The position numbers and the translations under genes are program-made. A model generated the notes under the pieces. It did no database searches, had not been told where the DNA came from, and worked only from the letters and a program-made list of their open reading frames with translations. A stretch of DNA of 64,000 nt from positions 74,216,001 to 74,280,000 of the forward strand of contig NW_024704743.1 of the NCBI RefSeq assembly GCF_018977255.1, in the 5' to 3' direction. Of the stretch, positions 51,319 to 64,000 are shown one piece after another (position 1 is the stretch's first letter; every line of letters starts with the position of its first letter). This DNA is from Callorhinchus milii. Its lineage: Eukaryota.

Positions 51319-53049
51319 TTATGTGTTGCATACCAACACATTTGCAAATGGTCCAAGGAGGTTTTTATTGAAGATGCATCTTATCCAAATCAGGTATGTT
51401 GTGAAGGGTTTAACGTTTTCTATGAATGTGTAGTTCTGGTGAGGTAAGATGTACGGCATGTAAGTGTTCTCACCTTGTTCTTGTATCCACACCTCATACT
51501 TCACCTCCCTTACTTTTAAGTACTTAAGATTCCAAGGCACCTGCCATGAAACAGACAACTTTGCCTTGTGTGTGTTATGGACAGTGGCCTGGCATTCTGA
51601 ACCTCTCACCTTTCCAGGATAAATTACACTACTTGACTTAACCTTTCTGACAAGAGGCTTGGACCTTACTGCCCGGATAGCACTTATAAGTGATGGGATG
51701 TCCACGTGTGTGTCCTGATAAATACGAAACAGCCACTCGGGATTTCGGCAACATAGATGGCGGGGAACTTCTGTGCTCTTTCTTATCCGCTCCTGCTCAG
51801 TTTTATCCAGGTGTTTTATTCCCCCTTGCTCCCATGACCTATCGGGAAAGGCAACAGTGTTCTCTAGCTTTGTATTCTTCCAAGCAACATACTGGAGGTC
51901 CATGCCTGGAAGATTGGCCAGGGTTTTATAAGGGGTGTAATGCTCTGGGTTAACAGCGTAAGGAAAGAGTTCAACAACCAAAGCCCCCCGCGGCAGGAAG
52001 ATTGACATCACCAGTTGGGACCCGTGCATGCTGACCAGCATGGATGCCCCAGATATAAGTCGGGTGAGATCTGAAAAGGAATAGTCATCTAGAGTTATGG
52101 TAATAGTCTTCATCTGAAATTCTTGGGCAAGACCCAAGATCAGTTCAGCTTCATTTAGTATCAGCCTGTTGATTGTGCGACTGAACACAACAATATAATC
52201 CTCACTGTTCGAGTCTACAGAAGCATCTAGCTTTTGCATTAGGAATTGCGTGAACTGCCTAATTTCATTACCAGATACCAATATATTTGCCTTTGGACCC
52301 TGAGGCTGGATAAATCCGTATTGGTACCAAGTTGTCATTTTTGACAATCCAACATAAGACTTTGTAAAGCAAAGCAACTTCCCAAGGTTTTTGAGCTGCT
52401 CCCTCAAAAGAGGCTGCTTGCTGCTAAATACTTTGTAAAGCTCAAAGTGCGAGCCTTCACTCCACCCCTCCATGAAGACTAATCGTGAATTGAGGTCCAG
52501 GTCTGGGAACTGCTGCATTGTATAATAAATTGGGAGCAGATCATCATGGAAAATGTGCATGAGGTTGTCAGGGTTGAAGCGATTCATAATCAATGAAACG
52601 TCTGGCACAAAGACGGGTTTTTGCATGAATTTAAGAGCACCAACAGGAAGTTCTACAAAATTGAAGTATTGTGTGTTGTGGTCTTCTACAGAAGACATAT
52701 CTAACAGCGCAGGCTGAAACCGCCGGGATCCCAAATTTGGTAGCAAAAACGAAGCGTTGCTGTGGAAGAACACAAACTCTTCAGCTTCAGTGGAGAAGCA
52801 GAGAGACTCAAATCTGCAGATGCGTTCAGTGTGTATTCTTCCCGTGCAGACCATCTTCGTGCCATCTTCCACAAGAGCTTGGAGTGCTGCATGATAGTCA
52901 ATCTTGACTTGGGAGAGTTCCTGACTTTGCTGGGACAGGAGCAGCTCTTCCTCTATGAAGGCAGCGTGTTCCCACAGTGTAACGTACTTCCACAGTACAG
53001 CTGCCAGAATGGACACAAGCAGAGCATTGAATATAGCTGCTATGTTCAT
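51319..53049 (-). CDS. POMGNT2: Protein O-linked mannose beta-1,4-N-acetylglucosaminyltransferase 2 (GT61 domain plus C-terminal FN3), 576 aa, single coding exon
   Basis: Motifs [75 protein letters not shown] and C-terminal [13 protein letters not shown] match vertebrate POMGNT2. A splice acceptor lies 16 nt upstream of the ATG. Confidence 0.98.
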   Translation of the reverse strand: MNIAAIFNALLVSILAAVLWKYVTLWEHAAFIEEELLLSQQSQELSQVKIDYHAALQALVEDGTKMVCTGRIHTERICRFESLCFSTEAEEFVFFHSNASFLLPNLGSRRFQPALLDMSSVEDHNTQYFNFVELPVGALKFMQKPVFVPDVSLIMNRFNPDNLMHIFHDDLLPIYYTMQQFPDLDLNSRLVFMEGWSEGSHFELYKVFSSKQPLLREQLKNLGKLLCFTKSYVGLSKMTTWYQYGFIQPQGPKANILVSGNEIRQFTQFLMQKLDASVDSNSEDYIVVFSRTINRLILNEAELILGLAQEFQMKTITITLDDYSFSDLTRLISGASMLVSMHGSQLVMSIFLPRGALVVELFPYAVNPEHYTPYKTLANLPGMDLQYVAWKNTKLENTVAFPDRSWEQGGIKHLDKTEQERIRKSTEVPRHLCCRNPEWLFRIYQDTHVDIPSLISAIRAVRSKPLVRKVKSSSVIYPGKVRGSECQATVHNTHKAKLSVSWQVPWNLKYLKVREVKYEVWIQEQGENTYMPYILPHQNYTFIENVKPFTTYLIWIRCIFNKNLLGPFANVLVCNT

Positions 53050-53064
53050 TCTGCACCGGCTTGG

Positions 53065-53090
53065 CCTATGCATGAAGAAAGAAGTCCACT
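53065..53090 (-). other. POMGNT2: Splice acceptor of the POMGNT2 coding exon
   Basis: Minus strand cttctttcttcatgcatag|gccaagccggtgcagaATG; exon starts at 53065. Confidence 0.75.
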
Positions 53091-53851
53091 TCAGAAGGAG
53101 CAAGAAGATGAGTAATCTTTCAATCAAGGGAGAAGCGAGGACCTTGAAAGCAACAAACGAGAAATTATTAGCAATAAAAAAGATTCAATTATGTATCATA
53201 GAATCTTACAGCGATGAAAGAGGCCTTTAACCTGATAAGTGTCAGCCTGGCTCAGTTTGGCAATTCACCTCAAAATTTGTATTGTGTGTTGAAGCTCCAT
53301 GTCAGGACTTTGCCAGAAACATAAGCCAGCATTTCAGATGTGACCCATCAATAGAACTTGGGGCCAAACAGTTCACACTGGAAGCCTTAAGCACCTCTCT
53401 CTTCCCGAGCTGCTTTTTGAGCATTTCCAACATGTCTTGGGTTCTCCTTCCCTGCAGTTCTCAACAAGTTCAAATTACACATTTAAAGCATTACATCCTG
53501 ATCCACGGATTCAAGAGTATAGTATCATTGATGGAGGGGACAGGAAGCTCCCTGAAATATAACACATAAAGGAAAAGGAAAAGCTTCTAAATCGCTGTAC
53601 AGTTCATGGTTGCATCTCACAGTAATGTTTACCGCAGGCACCTTCTGAGCCAAGCAAAAATAACCTGAACTGACAGAAAGAAATGTGTGCACAAAAAGCA
53701 AAATCAATACAATTACAGAACACGCACCTCCCCCTCTCCTAAGCAGCAAGACATTTAATAAGTTTGATGCCAACACTGTCAAGGCACCTTTCTATCACTG
53801 TCCCCCATGCCCAGCTCCCAACCAACACTGACACAAAAACATTTAGCTTAC

Positions 53852-53877
53852 CTTTTGTCAAGCACTGAAAGGATTTC
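53852..53877 (-). other. Candidate 26-nt 5' UTR exon of POMGNT2
   Basis: ttttgttttactgttag|GAAATCC..ACAAAAG|gtaagc. Confidence 0.35.
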
Positions 53878-54529
53878 CTAACAGTAAAACAAAAGCTTAA
53901 CCTGTTCTGCTACAGTTATAGGTTTGTTCATCTCCAGTCAGCCCTACACTGGGTCAATATTGCAATCGGAAATGTTGAACTTGCTTTAATAGCTGTCCGA
54001 TCACTACCATTATCTCAGCTGCAGTGAAGGCATATTCTTGCTCTGAGCATGCTCTGCTATGATCTCGCTCCTGCTTTTACAGCTGGCTTGCCTCAATTTG
54101 TCAGTTTCCTGAAGGTTAGTGTCACATGCAGGGTACACTGTTGCAAAGCTCCTGTGACTCCCCAAGGAGCAGTGGCTAGGTAGGGCTGAGACAAGCACAA
54201 TGACAATTATTTTTAATAGCAAAAAAAAGATGTTAAAGGAGGAAAAAGAAGCTGCACATACAGCACATAACTAACCCACAGCATCATTCAGACAGTGCTA
54301 AAGATTAGTCTCTCACACTAATGGACGTGAAACACTGTCTGCCCACTAATTGTTTGTCTTTAGTATCACACAACTTGCAAAAACAAGAAAGCTGGAATGA
54401 GTTTGAGAAATGTAACCCAAACATGAATTCAAATAACAAGGCTGTTTGTTAATCTAAACTACATTCCTTAATTGCTGTTTGTGGGACACATAAATAGCTT
54501 CCATGTTTGACAACCAAAGCAGGTACAAT

Positions 54530-54965
54530 ACTTAACAGTAATCGAGTGCGGCACTTTCTTACACGGTTCTATTCCTGCCTGTGCCATCACTATATTTCCA
54601 TTTGCCCTGCCGTGGGGGCTTCTCATCCTATGCCCCCATCCCAGGGCTCTATCCCTGGTCCTCTCCTATTCCTCATCTATATGCTTTCCTTTGGCCACAT
54701 CTTCTGTAAGCGTGGGGTTAGCTTCCACGTGTACCCTGATGATACCCAACTCACTGAACTCAATTCTGTGTCCGTTGCTTTCGGATTTCCAGCTTGTTTA
54801 TCTGACATCAAGTCCTGGATGAGTCGCACCTCGGCAGCTGAATGTCAACAAGTCTGAAGTCATCTTTCTTATATTCCAGTTCATATCCTCCGCTCTACTC
54901 ACTTGATTTATTGCTTACTACCCATTCCCTTTGCTCTATTATTGGTGGTCATGCTTTCAGGCCCC
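54530..54965 (+). mobile_element. Old L2 RT fragment
   Basis: [38 protein letters not shown]. Confidence 0.8.
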
Positions 54966-55794
54966 ACCCCCACCTCTTTCCTCTGTCCCCCTGTGTGTCA
55001 ACCTCAGTGCAGAGCCAGGTTTTGTAACTGGGGGGAGGACGGGACGATGGGTGACATCACCTTCCTCTCCACGCTGTCTCTGCTGCCGCTCTCCACACCA
55101 CCTCATATCTCCTGCTCCATCTCTCTTCCAGTCACTCCGCACTGCGTCTTCTCTCATAATATGCTTGAAAAGGCACTGTACATATATAGACTGCCAGGGG
55201 GGGCAGTTATTCCAATTCTTCAAATAAAATTGGTCATTCACATCATTGCTATTTGTGGAACATTGCTGTGTGCATATTGGCTGCCACATTCACCCACAAA
55301 AACAGTCACTACAGTATATCCTGTGAAATGCTTTGAGACATTCTCCGGATGCCATACCAAATTTAAAGATTATTGGAAATGATTAACAGTATAAAACTAC
55401 TTTGCCTTGCCACCTCTTTGACTGCCTTCATAAAAAACTGACCGTCTGGTTTACTCTAAATCTCTCATTTCCTTGTTTGCTACCACTACACGTGAAGCCT
55501 TTGAGCCTTTTTTGTCTGAAAGGTGCTATATAAATGCAAGTTGTTATAATGAATTATTATAAATAGAGTATCCCGATAAAAGTTATTACTTGTTTCATCT
55601 GTAGTCTTTGTTACATATATGATTTGCAGTCGGCTACTTCCATCCTTAGATTACTTGCAACAATTTATTTTCGTGTCATTCAACTTGAGTCATGAAGATA
55701 CTAGATACTAATTCTTCTCACATGGTTTTATATCCTTCTAACTGAATTGAAAGGTGCATTGGGTGGAATGTAAACATTGCCTTTACCTTTGTGC

Positions 55795-56340
55795 ATCAGC
55801 CTGGCTCAGCTGGTAACTTTCTTGCCCCTGCGTCAGAAGCTTGTGGGTTCAAACCTCACATAGGGACACAAACTCATAATCTGGGTTGACATTATAATGC
55901 AGAACTGAGGTAGTAGTGCTGCTCTGTCAATACTGCTGTAATTCGGAAGAGATGTTGAGCCAAGTTGTCATATGCTCATTTTGTAACCCATGGACATTAA
56001 AGATCCCACAACAACAATTTGCATTTATATAGCTCAGAACTATTCAAAAAGAGAATAAGAGTTTCTCCTGGCCAACAGTCCTCCAGATATAGAAACATGG
56101 ATATATTCAGCATAAAAGGAGACCAATCGGACTTCATAACCCCAGAGAAACAACATCACTTCAATCCCCCCTCCTTACCTTACCCCCACATCCATTCAAG
56201 CCCCTTTCTTTGTTATTCACCTCATTGCTGTTTTGGGGATCTTGCCTATAAAAACTGTGTCTACAACTGACAGCAATTACCTGTGCAGGCCTCAGAGATA
56301 TTTTGACATCATAAGATTCAATAAAAAATTAAGTTCTTTC
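55795..56340 (+). mobile_element. Older tRNA-headed Deu-type SINE (interrupted)
   Basis: cagcctggctcagctggta..gtgggttcaaacc head and attgctgtttttggggatcttgc-like body. Confidence 0.6.
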
Positions 56341-57490
56341 TACATGCTTTCTTCCAGATGGGCCTACCTTGAACGCTCCCCCTCAATGTCCGTTAGACCT
56401 GTGGCCATTCTTCAGTTCGTGTTGGAAGGGTATTTCATTTAAATGGTTAGCCCTAGAGATTGCAAACTCAAATTTGCCCAGGCTCCTTTCTTAGTTGAAC
56501 CCTTCATCCAGGTATTAATCTGGTGCAATTCCAACAATACAGCAGCAGTCTCCCCAGTTCTGCATTGTAGGCTTATGAGCTTGTATCCCAATTTGAGGTT
56601 GGAACCCGCAACCTTCTGACCCAGAGCAAGCTTGCTGCCAACTGAGCCAGGTGAATTGTCAGTGGACCCACTCGAAGCCCGAATTTCATCCTGATAGTGG
56701 GGCATCCAGAAATGAACAATACTCCACAAATGAGATCTAACCAGTTCACTGCACAGCTACAGCAACAATCTTTGATATTCTACAGCTCTACAGTTCAGTA
56801 TCCCATTAGTATTTGGATTGTTTTCTGTACCTGTGAACACTCTCTGCCTGGCCACCGTGCCTCTCGCTGCTGATAAGAATTGAGAGCCAGCTTGTACTTT
56901 GGTACGCAGAAGCATTAAACCTAGGTTAATAATTTCCCTTATTGACAGAGTGTTCTTAGCATTCCATAAATGTTGTCTTCAGGATTTTATTGTTTAGAAT
57001 GGTGGTTATGTTTTACAGAGGAAATCTAACAACCACAGAAGTTTATACACGTTTCCTGGTGCCTGGTAAACAGCATCACTTCCAAACAGGGCTGGAGTCG
57101 ATATGTTCATATTCTGTTTGACAATTTTAAAACACAATTAAGATTGCAATGATTACGTGGTTAATGTGAAAAGGACAAATTCCTCCATTTCAGGAATTAT
57201 TAACCATAGAAATCTTTGACAAAACAGGCCATTTGACCCATTGTATTAATGACTACATTTACTCCTCTAACAAAGTCACCTGTTCATCCTAACCGCTGCT
57301 CTTTTCCCCACATAGCCTCGAACATCCTGCCTCCATGTTTGCTTATATAATTCTCTTTTCAATGTCCCAATTCCTAGATTTTTTTATCCAGTTGCAAGCT
57401 TTTCAAACTCATCACTGATTACTAAACACCATTATGTGGCTGAGTCTGCTCATGTGCTAATCTGCCAATGTAAATACCTTATGCAGCATC

Positions 57491-57816
57491 TAATAATAAT
57501 AATCCTTGCATTTGATATAGCGCTTTTCACGTCGAGAGGACGTCCCAAAGCGCTTCACAGAACACACTGTAAAGTGAATTGACTGTATATTTGTGGGCGA
57601 ACGCGGCAGCCAATTGCGCACAGCAATGTCCCACAAACAGTCGTAGATTGAAAATGACCAATTTATTATTGTTTTTGGTTTTGGAGGGATAATTATTAGG
57701 CTCTGTGTGGAGTAAGGAAACTTGCCCAAGGTTTCGCCCTGCCTGGAATTGAACTCGGGTCTCTCAGGTCTCTCGCTTGCAAAGCGAATGCTCTAACCAC
57801 TGAGCTACAGGACTCC
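57491..57816 (-). mobile_element. tRNA-Ala SINE (short subfamily)
   Basis: Near-identical to 48845-49156; internal 9-nt duplication ggtctctca/ggtctctcg; (TTA)n tail. Confidence 0.93.
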
Positions 57817-57881
57817 ACTGAATACACATCATAGAAAAGGGTTTCCATTTTTGTGAGGCTCAGTATTTAACACGTTTTCTC

Positions 57882-57917
57882 TTCAGTTCCCATAACAGGT
57901 TCAGTTCCCATAACAGG
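57882..57917. repeat. 18-bp tandem duplication
   Basis: ttcagttcccataacagg x2. Confidence 0.9.
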
Positions 57918-58127
57918 CGCAGTAAAATTGCTATCAAAGGTAAATAAATCCTTTAAAGGGCACGCATCAGGTTTTCCTTTGGTGAATTATTCATTTAGCA
58001 TGTAAATAGCAGATGGTACAGGCTAACTGTGATAACATAGTCCTCTGGTCTAATATCTCAGCAGCCAAGTTACAACAAAGCACAAAAAGATGGCTGGCAT
58101 GTCGCTGCTGAGATCACTTTAGTTAGA

Positions 58128-58213
58128 TTAGAAGATCAGCCATGATTGAATGGCGGGGCAGGCTCGAAGGGCCGAATGGCCTACTCCTGCTCCTACATGT
58201 TATGTTACGTTAC
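58128..58213 (+). mobile_element. CR1 extreme 3' end
   Basis: agatcagccatgattgaatggcggggcaggctcgaagggccgaatggcctactcctgctcct, nearly the same as 1289-1355. Confidence 0.85.
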
Positions 58214-58489
58214 TTCCTTTATGAATTGATATTATCTGTACATGTAATAATGTCAGCGGCAACCCCATGACCAAGGCGTCAGCTATATTATCGGGCTTGA
58301 AGCTCGTTACTCAATGCCAGAAGGCAGGTGTACCGAATGGAAGCTTTACTGAATGCAACTGTATCTACAACAGGCACAGCAGTAAAGTTTACTGGTGCAC
58401 CTGTTATGGGTACAGTTCCATTCAGTAGAGCAAGCATCTACAGAAGAGCAGGACTTGAAGGCCTGCCCTGCGAACATTCAAACATTATA

Positions 58490-58630
58490 GGGACTGTACA
58501 GTCAGACTACAGACCGACTGACAACAGACACAAGCCCCAATTGACTGAAGCCAGACTAGGACTTACTTTAGACAGACTGACTACAAACACAGGTACCGAC
58601 TCACTATAGACACAGACTGACTCCAGTACA
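58490..58630. repeat. Degenerate acagactgact(a/c)ca minisatellite-like tract
   Basis: Repeated cagactac / cagaccgactgac / acagactgactac / acagactgactcc units. Confidence 0.55.
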
Positions 58631-59544
58631 TTAAAACATGAGGGTCTAAAACACAAAGGAGGAAACATTCCTGGGTGTGACAATTTTAAAAATAGTCTGA
58701 GCCACTAAATCCTACCCAAACAAAACTGGAAGGATAAAGTTAGAAGACTTTTGAAAGACCATTGCTTCACTGCTCTCGAAATTCGATTCACATCAAGTGT
58801 GAACGAAACTGTTAAGGTTATAGAAATGCAGCTACTATAACTTTGTATTTAGTTTTTCTGCAACTTGATTTTATTTCTTTTATTCGATCCTTTATATTCC
58901 TCAATGTAAAATCTTCATAGTGGATCACTGAATAAGTTACAATTGGAAAAGAAAATTGATGAGATCTCACTGATATTTTCACCTACTGTAAACAAGCCTG
59001 AGAAACAAAATCCCATGTGAGTGTCTGGTGTTGGCTATTTTACTTACGAGAGCAGAGTGTGCCTCAGAGACTCGAGGGAAGCTGGGTGAGGCTGAGATTG
59101 TTAGCCACCAGCTTAAGTAGTTGGCCCGACTTGAAAGGTGCTATATAAATTTGTTATATTTACTGTTGTAAGTGGAATATAGAGGGTATTTGATAAAGAT
59201 GAATATAGTTTTAAAGATACAAAATAGCAACACTAGTTGTTAAGATTTTGTTTTAAAAGTTATGAGCATGCAGAATTTTGGAATACAGTCTTAAATCTTA
59301 GAAGACAGTTTTCGTAGTTCCCGAGAAGAACAACAGGTGGTGGGGAGGAAAATAAATTGAAGTTGGTTGTTCAAAATGTTGCGCAATCTTATATTTTAAG
59401 AGAGTGGTTTTAACTAAAAAGCTTAAAATCCTTCATCGCTCACTGTTCCATATAAATTGAGTTTGAGGATTCAACCCAGTTCCTTATGGGACGGACACAC
59501 AACACAACACACAAGTCTAAATCCAATTTAAAATGGTTAATGTG

Positions 59545-60130
59545 GGAAACAGAAACGTCCCAAACGCAACCGAAACCCTCGTACATGCGTTTGTCCCGTT
59601 TGGATTACTCCCAACGCAATTCTCGCCGGTCTCCCAGCTCCACCATTCACAAGATGCAGCTCATTCAAATTTCTGCCGCCCGCTTACTGACCCGTACTCT
59701 GTACCCACATCTCACCAGTTCTGGCCAGGCTCCACTGGCTCCCCATCACCAAACAGATCGTCTTCAAGTCCATTCACTCCCTGGCACCTCCCTACCTCTC
59801 CAACCTCCTCACTCCCCAATCCACCATCCAGTGCCTCCGCTCGACTGGCACCGGCCTCCTGCTCATCCCTCGTACCCTCCGCCCCACCACTGGAGGTTGT
59901 GCTTTTAGCCACTGTGCCCCAAAACTCTGGAACACTCTCTCTCAATCCCTCCACTTTGCCCCCTCTCTCCCCTCTTTCAAGTTCTGCCTGAAGACTTTCC
60001 TGTTCGACCATGCTTACAGCCACCTCCGACCTCCCCTCAGCTCGGAGTCAGGCTCTGCCACTGTTAAGCCCTCTGAGACGCTACCCTACTTGGAGGGTGC
60101 TATATAATTGCGAGTTGTTGTGGTTGTTGT
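59545..60130 (+). mobile_element. L2 3' fragment (subfamily B)
   Basis: PNATETLVHAFV and STIHKMQLIQ; tail ggagggtgctatataattgcgagttgttg. Confidence 0.9.
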
Positions 60131-60722
60131 ACCACTGCTGGCACAGAGGGTGCTCTTTGGAGATTAGGATACAAGTAGCTTTACTCTGCATCTAAGACAC
60201 ATTATACAATATTTTCACAAGGAGCAATCCTTAGATAATTTCCAGGAACTACTTCGCTTAATATACTTGCAGACATTCAGTGCTGGCTGACACCTCAGGA
60301 CAATCATCTCCCTGGGCCCCAGGGAGAGCAGTGCTCAAGACCACTTGGTTACAGACTCTCTAAAGAAGCATCTACAATGCACGTATTCCCAAAGTATCGG
60401 TGGGTATTATCAAAGTATTGATAAAGCACCCGTAACCTCTACACATGCTGTGGTGTGTGAAGCAGGTGCTCGCTCTATCAATGCCCACTGATACCAAGAA
60501 AAATACTAATCTACCATAATCTTATGTTTGTTGGTCTCTATCTCCCCAAACAGGGCTTTCATACTAATTTGGTCACTAGATGCACTATATTGTCTCGATC
60601 TGTAAGCCAAGGAGCCTTTAAAAAAGTTAGGTAGGAGAGAAGATCAAATTTTATAGTTCACTGTCTTTGTCTTAAAGGTTTAGCCAAGATATTGAATTCC
60701 ATAGACACGCTCCCAATATACA

Positions 60723-61450
60723 GAACAACAACAACAACATTACATTTGTATGGCACCTTTCACATCGGGAGGATGTCCCAAGGCACTGGACAATCAGGGT
60801 TTCAGACCGAGCTGAGGATCAGGATCGGGGAGAGGGAGGGCAGGTGGGGAGAAGGAGGGTGACCGAAGTTCACGGTCGAAAAAGAGGGTCTTGAGACTGG
60901 TCTTGAAGGAGGCAAGAGAGGAGGTGAGGTGGAGGAACGGCGTGATGGAGTTCCAGAGAGTGGGGGAAGAGTGGCTGAAGGCCCACCCGCCAATGGTGGG
61001 GCGGGTGAGGCGGGGGACATGAAGCAGGCCGGAGACCGCTGAGCGGAGGGAGCGGGCAGCTTGGTAAGGGGTTAGGAGAACGCAGAGGTAGGGCGGAGCA
61101 AGGCCGTGGAGGGTTTTAAAAGTGAGGACCAGGATCTTGAACTGTATCCTCTGCGTAATGGGAAGCCAGTGGAGTCAGGCGAGGTTGGGGGTGATGGGGT
61201 CGCGGAGCCTAGTGTAGGAGAGGACACAGGCTGCAGAGTTCTGGTTGATCTGCAGCCTATGGAGGGAGGAGTTGGGGAGGCCGACAAGCAGGGAGTTTGT
61301 GTAATTGAGCCTGGATGTTATGAAAGCATGTATGAGGGTCTCAACGTCCTGCGGTATGAGACAGTGGCGGAGCCGGGCGATGTTGCGGAGATGGGGAAGG
61401 TCAGAGCGGGTGATGGTACAGATACGGGGTAGAAAGGACAGTTGAGGGAC
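60723..61450 (-). mobile_element. L2 3' fragment (subfamily A)
   Basis: Reverse (TTG)n tail plus gggacatcctcccgatgtgaaaggtgcc; body resembles 14480-15200. Confidence 0.9.
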
Positions 61451-61737
61451 AATAGAGATTCAAAGCCATCAATTTCCTAGAATCTCTTTCCAGCACTTAC
61501 TCTTTCGTAACCTAGTTACACCTGGAAAAAAAGGAACAATTGATATCATTTGATCATCATCACTGATACCAGCAAGTCTGCAACAAGACAAGTCGAAGGT
61601 GAATCGTGGTGTGGGCGTGGACTGATGATGAACTGTGATTCAACCAAAACGTGATTTTGATTGAAAGTAAAAAAAGTCCTGCAGTCACCAAGCTTATTAG
61701 ATCAATTGGTCAAGATGCTGAGGATCAAGAAACATGG

Positions 61738-62050
61738 TGTCAGTCTGGCTCAGATGGTAGCATTCTCTCCTCAAAGTCAGAAAATTATGGGTTAAGACCC
61801 CATATCGGGATTTTGAGCTCACAGTCTTGGCTGACATACCACCTGAGAGAACGTTGCATTCTCAGAGGTGCGATCCTTCAGATGAGACTTTAAAACTAGG
61901 ACATGTTTATCTGTTCAGGTGGATGTTAAAAATCCCAAGACAATATTCAAAAAGAGAAGAGAGTTTCTCCCGGTCTCCTAGCCAACAATCATCCAGTGTA
62001 AATCCAGCTTCAATATGGCTCAATATGGTGCTATATCAAATGCAAGGCTT
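61738..62050 (+). mobile_element. Older Deu-type SINE
   Basis: gtcagtctggctcagatggtagc head; ggtggatgttaaaaatccc..gagagtttctccc body; ends gctatatcaaatgcaagg. Confidence 0.7.
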
Positions 62051-62054
62051 ACTG

Positions 62055-62640
62055 CAACAACAACTTGCATTTATATAGCGCACCTCACTCAGGGTAGAGT
62101 TCCAGAGCACTTGATAGCGGCGTAGCACGATGCCGAGCCGGGGGGAGGGGGAGGTGACCATAGGAAGTCTTCAGGTGCGACTTAAAGATCGGGAAGGAAG
62201 GGGCAAGGCGGAGGGATCGAGGAAGAGTGTTCCAGAGTTTTGCGGTGTAGTGGCTAAAAGTGTGGCCAAGAATGGTGGAACGGAGGGCACATGGGACACG
62301 CAGAAGGCCAGAGCCAGTCGACCGAAGGGAGGGGATTGTGGGTTGGGGGGTAAGCAAGTCGGAGAGGTAGGGAGGTGCCAGGGCATAAAGGGATTTGAAA
62401 GCATGAGGACATGAGTGTGAGGATCTTGAAATTGATCTGTTCGGCGATAGGGGGCCAGTGGAGCCTGGCTTAGAACTGGTGAAATGGGGGTACCGTGTTT
62501 AGTACGGGTGGAGCTTTGGATCAGCTGGATCCTGTGCGTGGTGGAGCTGGGGAGACCAGCAAAAAGGGCATTTGAGAAGTTGAGCCAGAAGGTGACAAAT
62601 GCATGGACGAGGATTTCGGCTACGTCAACGCAGGCAGGTA
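62055..62640 (-). mobile_element. L2 3' fragment (subfamily B)
   Basis: AEILVHAFVTFWLNFSNALFAGLPSS and GHTFSHYTAKLWNTLP; reverse tail caacaacaacttgcatttatatagcg. Confidence 0.9.
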
Positions 62641-62669
62641 ATGGGAGTCCACAGCTGTTCCTCAACTCA

Positions 62670-62980
62670 TTAAACTGTGGAATCCCTTACCCAGACAGCA
62701 TCAGCAAGGACCACACAACGGACTGCCCCAGCCTCGATAAAACACTCACTCAAATGAAGAAGAGCGGAGGCATTGTCTCATACAATATTACCCGCTGCCA
62801 ATAATGAGAAAAATAATTCTACTAGAATGACTGTACTGTATTATGACAGACTGCCACAAGGAAACCTTCAATGGGACACTCTCAAATCAAGAAGAACAAA
62901 GGCCTGGCCACACGACTAACACTCTGAATAGGGCACACAAATCCTGGCTGAACAACTGAACAACCCCAATGTACATGAAA
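62670..62980 (+). mobile_element. Possible decayed RTE-like 3' fragment
   Basis: GIPYPDSISK..TLTQMKK..YNITR and DRLPQGNLQW..SRRTKAWP loosely follow the RTE C-terminal pattern. Confidence 0.35.
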
Positions 62981-64000
62981 GATAGATAAATGAATAAAGA
63001 ATTTACTTCTGTCCATTTTTTCAGGAAGAGGTAGGATGTTCAGTAATGTGCACTTTTCAGAAAAATAATCACCACTCTACTAATGTTAATTTAAATTCTG
63101 AAATAAGAATAAAGGTTAATCTGAAGAAAAAATAAACGGATTCCATATCCTTACCTTGATTAAAACTAAACTTGCTAACCAATACAGTAAATACTGCGAA
63201 GAACATTTTCATCCACAATCCCTGGGAGAAAATAGCGCAAACAGACATTTACGAATGCTTTGCAGGAATTCCTGCTGTTGTGCATCTGTCTTGAGGAGTT
63301 GCTTTCAAACGTATAGTAAAATGAAGACTAGACCAGGATTAACTGTGGATTACAAAGGGATTTATCGGACTTTCATTCTACAAGAACTTCAAGAATTTGA
63401 TGCTGATGCTGATCTACCCTCGTGAACCTGACCTCTCTCCATGAACCTGACTTCTCATCAGCTCCCACTAAAACAGCAAGATGCTAACCTGGCTCTTGCA
63501 GCGCTTCTCATTTAAAATCAGTGTCAAGAGGCAAACACACTTGACAGCAGACAGCAGCAGTCAGTGAAAAGGTCAATGCAGTTCTTAAAATTGCAGCTTA
63601 ATCACTTCACTGAATGTAACGCAAGTACAGCACACAACCTGAAATTCTGATACCAATATTTCAAACAGATTATGAAACGGTCTACTGTAAACAATGAAAA
63701 TAAACTGTTGATTTCCTGAATATTTTATGTGAAAGGCACTACATAAATGCAAGTTATTAATATCACTAATAAAAGTACCACTTGGCCACAGTTGGCACAT
63801 GTGGTGTTTGTGGCTCAAATTTCCCCTCTCCCAAGTCACTATTACTGTCTGCACCACAAATAGCCAGTCCTGTACTATTGCAGGTTCTCAAGAGATTCCT
63901 GTGCTGACTTCCATCTCCTCATCCGAGGCATGGTCAACCACTTCCTCTCCTCTCTGGGATGTCTTTGCGACGTAAAGGGCATTATACAAGTGTAATTTGC

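Noticed and set aside
53050..53127. 26-aa N-terminal extension of POMGNT2 in the ORF track (602 aa)
   Set aside because: It begins at a TTG and crosses a polypyrimidine tract and AG acceptor. Homology starts at [11 protein letters not shown] (53049).
58597..58609. T7 promoter-like cgactcactatag (vector contamination)
   Set aside because: It lacks TAATA and GGG and sits inside a degenerate gact-rich repeat; a chance match.
63156..63425. ORF with a faint piggyBac-like RTFILQ motif
   Set aside because: The similarity is too short and no catalytic motifs are visible.

Overview
Repeat-rich vertebrate genomic DNA, most likely from a cartilaginous fish and possibly a chimaera (inferred from the CR1/L2/Deu-type SINE landscape). 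It is not a prokaryotic or accessory-island region. Two host genes lie tail-to-tail. The first is GASK1A/FAM198A, a Golgi FAM20-like kinase, of which only the last three coding exons are present (+ strand, 10123-15796). The second is the complete single-exon CDS of POMGNT2 (- strand, 51319-53049, 576 aa). This matches the human 3p22 arrangement as I recall it. Most other ORFs that I could interpret are off-frame readings of decayed retroelements; the remaining short ones I could not assign. Repeats include CR1 LINEs, two L2 subfamilies, an RTE-like LINE, a young tRNA-Ala-headed SINE sharing its 3' stem-loop with L2, older Deu-type SINEs, a palindromic MITE-like family and a probable hAT transposase relic. 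I found no convincing new protein-coding system. The least explained object is a ~520-bp symmetric non-coding element at 21160-21680, with outer inverted repeats, two internal hairpins and a central direct repeat. Repeat boundaries were read by eye and are approximate. Family names come from remembered motifs, not database searches.
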